From positions 124,001 through 188,000 of the forward strand of contig JAAOMT010000299.1 in assembly GCA_016748015.1 (NCBI GenBank): 64,000 nucleotides of DNA, in the 5' to 3' direction. A program made the position numbers and the translations under genes. Below are positions 61,942 to 64,000 of the stretch, piece by piece. Numbering within the stretch: the first letter of the stretch is position 1; every line of letters begins with the position of its first letter. Origin of the DNA: Geosiphon pyriformis uo1 (taxonomy: Eukaryota; Fungi; Glomeromycota). The notes beneath the pieces are model-generated. The model saw only the letters and a list, made by a program, of their open reading frames with translations. It had not been told where the DNA came from and made no database searches.

Positions 61942-64000
61942 TATTACAGATGATTATTTGGGGTTTCAAAGCAAATAACAAACCCATAACTTGGTGCTCA
62001 ATTGATTTAATGATGTTAATTTTTGTCAGCTCTTTGTGATCTGAAGGTTTTGAGTTAAAGTTCTTTGTATAATAGACAAAGATTCAAGAGTGTTTTAGTA
62101 GCCTTCTGGAATTGTAATTTTGTCAAATTTTTTTCTTAATGTGGTGGCTAATAATCTGGCAAAGATGCTCTTTTGGTAAGCTATTCTTAAATTCTTAATT
62201 CTTATATCCTTCCTTTGGGATCTTTTACTAGGCTATTCTTGACATCAATAATTCAGCACTTAATCCTCAATTAATTAGTAAACACAACAGAATAAAGTAA
62301 AGAAATAAAAGAGATAAAAGAACAATAAAGAAAATAAGCCAAGACAAAGTGCAAGTTAGTATTTTATTAATAGCCATGATCAAGAGTTATTGTTCCAGTA
62401 TATTAAGTATTGATTACTATCAACATAAAGCATTGATAGTGGAGGGTAGATTTGAGATAGTGAATAATTATTTATTGATATTTGTAATGTGGAAGGTTGC
62501 TTAGATTAAATCTAAATTAAAAGGTTTGTCTTTTTTTACTTCTAATACTATTGCTATATATACATAATTGAAATTTTTCAATTCCTCAATTTTTTGCACC
62601 AGAAATTCTAGAATTTCTGGAATTCTGCAATTTCTTTAAGAGGAATTCTAGAATTCTGGAATTCTGCAATTCTTTGTACAAGAATTCTGAAATTTCTGGA
62701 ATCTTGCAATTTCTTTGAGAGAAATTCTGAAATTCCACATTTATTATAGTTACTTTTGATTGGCTAATTTATATGCTAATATACTTTCTATATTCTAAAA
62801 GTAACATTATTCTCTCCTTTTAATATTGAGCTCTATTGAGATTTTCTTATTCTAACTTTCCATCTTTGAGTATTTTTTGAACTTCTTTTTCGAGAATTAC
62901 TTGTGTTATCTTGGTCTGTAATTTTTCAAATTGGGCATTAGTTATTTTTCTCATTTGGTTAATGATAATAGAGTCTATTATTGGATTAAGTAAGATTTCT
63001 GGTCAGTCTTAAAATTTGACTTGTAGTCGATAAATGGCTTGTACTTGTGTGGTTAAATTGTTCTTTTCCACAAATTGTTTTAGTTGTTGTAATATTTCTG
63101 GATCAAATAATTGCTTTGTCTTATCTGTATATAAGTTTTAAATATTTAAGTGTTGTTTCAAGTGGAAATAACAAAAGTTTTTTGGAAATTCTTGTATCCA
63201 CCAATTCCAAGTTTTTTTGGTCAATTTTTGATATAGTGTGACTCTTGTTGGTTCTTCTATTGTCACTTTTACTTTTAGCATTATTTTGTTGATAGTGTTT
63301 TCTGGTTTCCTTTGTACTTTGTATTGGGGTTTTTTTCTGATATCTTTGTATTGAATGGTTTGTTGGTTGATAGTAATTTCCATATTTTATTGTTGGATCA
63401 GTTGAAAGAGTTGTTGTGCTAGTAAGTAGATATTGTCAGTAATTTCCATTTTTTTGATATCTTTTGTCATGTCTACTATGTCTTTATATTCTTCTAATTG
63501 TTTAATTTGATGTGTTAGTTTCAATAATAATGATTGGTTCTAAATTCTATAGAATTTTATCTGATTGGATTAATGTTCTCTGTACTCCCAATTGTGGAAT
63601 ATTACTGATGAATGATAATACTATATTGTGATATAGTTTTAGTTGATCTTCATGTGCTGCTTTGGTTAAAATTTTGTTGTTTAATTTTAATTTATAAGCT
63701 CCATTTCCTAGCATTTTTTCTATGTGAAATGATCTATTCCATTTGGAATCAAATTTTCCACTCCATTGTTTTTCTGCTTTGGTATAATGTAGAAGTACTT
63801 TGTCTTCAATCCTAAATTCGACTGGTTTATCTGGTAATTGGTTATTATGTCTTTCTTTTTGTTTTTTTTGTGACTTTTGAATGTTATCAGCTGCTCTTTG
63901 CCATTTGTTTTCTAGTATTTTTATTAAATTATATGTTCTTTTCAACAATGTTTCTTGGAAATTATCTTCTGTTATTGGTTTAGTTGGATATGTTTTGATC
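61942..64000 (-). mobile_element. Element K: family-1 element, 3' end only (3' LTR 61942-62806, PPT, ORF3 62820-63449, integrase C-terminus)
   Basis: Colinear with J 51132-53170; left flank CTAG. Confidence 0.88.

Larger units (their letters stand above)
49758..64000 (+). mobile_element. Element I: family-1 element (5' LTR 49758-50645, PBS 50646-50664, gag pieces 50710-51131 and 61396-61941); continues past the right edge
   Basis: LTR, then TTTGGTGCTTCCTGTAAGG, then gag; gag is continuous across J and stops at K just after AYAPIAKIEKFT. Confidence 0.87.

Noticed and set aside
1-64000. Alternative genetic code or stop readthrough to explain frequent in-frame stops
   Set aside because: Stop positions differ between homologous copies and map to CAA, CGA, CAG and TGG codons, which indicates mutational decay

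Overview
The window is AT-rich eukaryotic DNA, probably fungal. The proteins resemble Glomeromycotina (Geosiphon-like) repeats from memory; this is unverified. It consists entirely of nested, decayed Ty3/gypsy-type LTR retrotransposons, with no host gene, RNA gene or CRISPR array. I resolve 12 insertions from 4 related families, all with TGTTA...TAACA-type ends. Wherever both flanks are visible the TSD is 4 bp. Nesting: F (outermost, +) contains E (+), G (-) and, in its 3' LTR, I (+). E's 5' LTR contains A (-). A contains B (+) and, in its LTR, D (-). B contains solo LTR C1 and element C2. G contains solo LTR H. I contains J (-) and K (-). Almost all ORFs are broken by C>T/G>A nonsense changes, so the ORF track shows only fragments. 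Comparing the families reveals an unusual shared design. (1) A single Gag-PR-Cys-rich-(dUTPase)-RT-RNaseH frame stops after RNase H. (2) Integrase is a separate ORF with its own ATG, and target sites are oriented and Ginger1-like (NT[G/A][G/C]). (3) A conserved non-env ORF3 follows. (4) The primer appears to be elongator tRNA-Met, with extra anticodon-arm pairing boxes in U5 and a hairpin masking the PBS. (5) Gag may carry a GUG-initiated, Met-free N-terminal extension. Coordinates were read by eye; internal domain boundaries are approximate.
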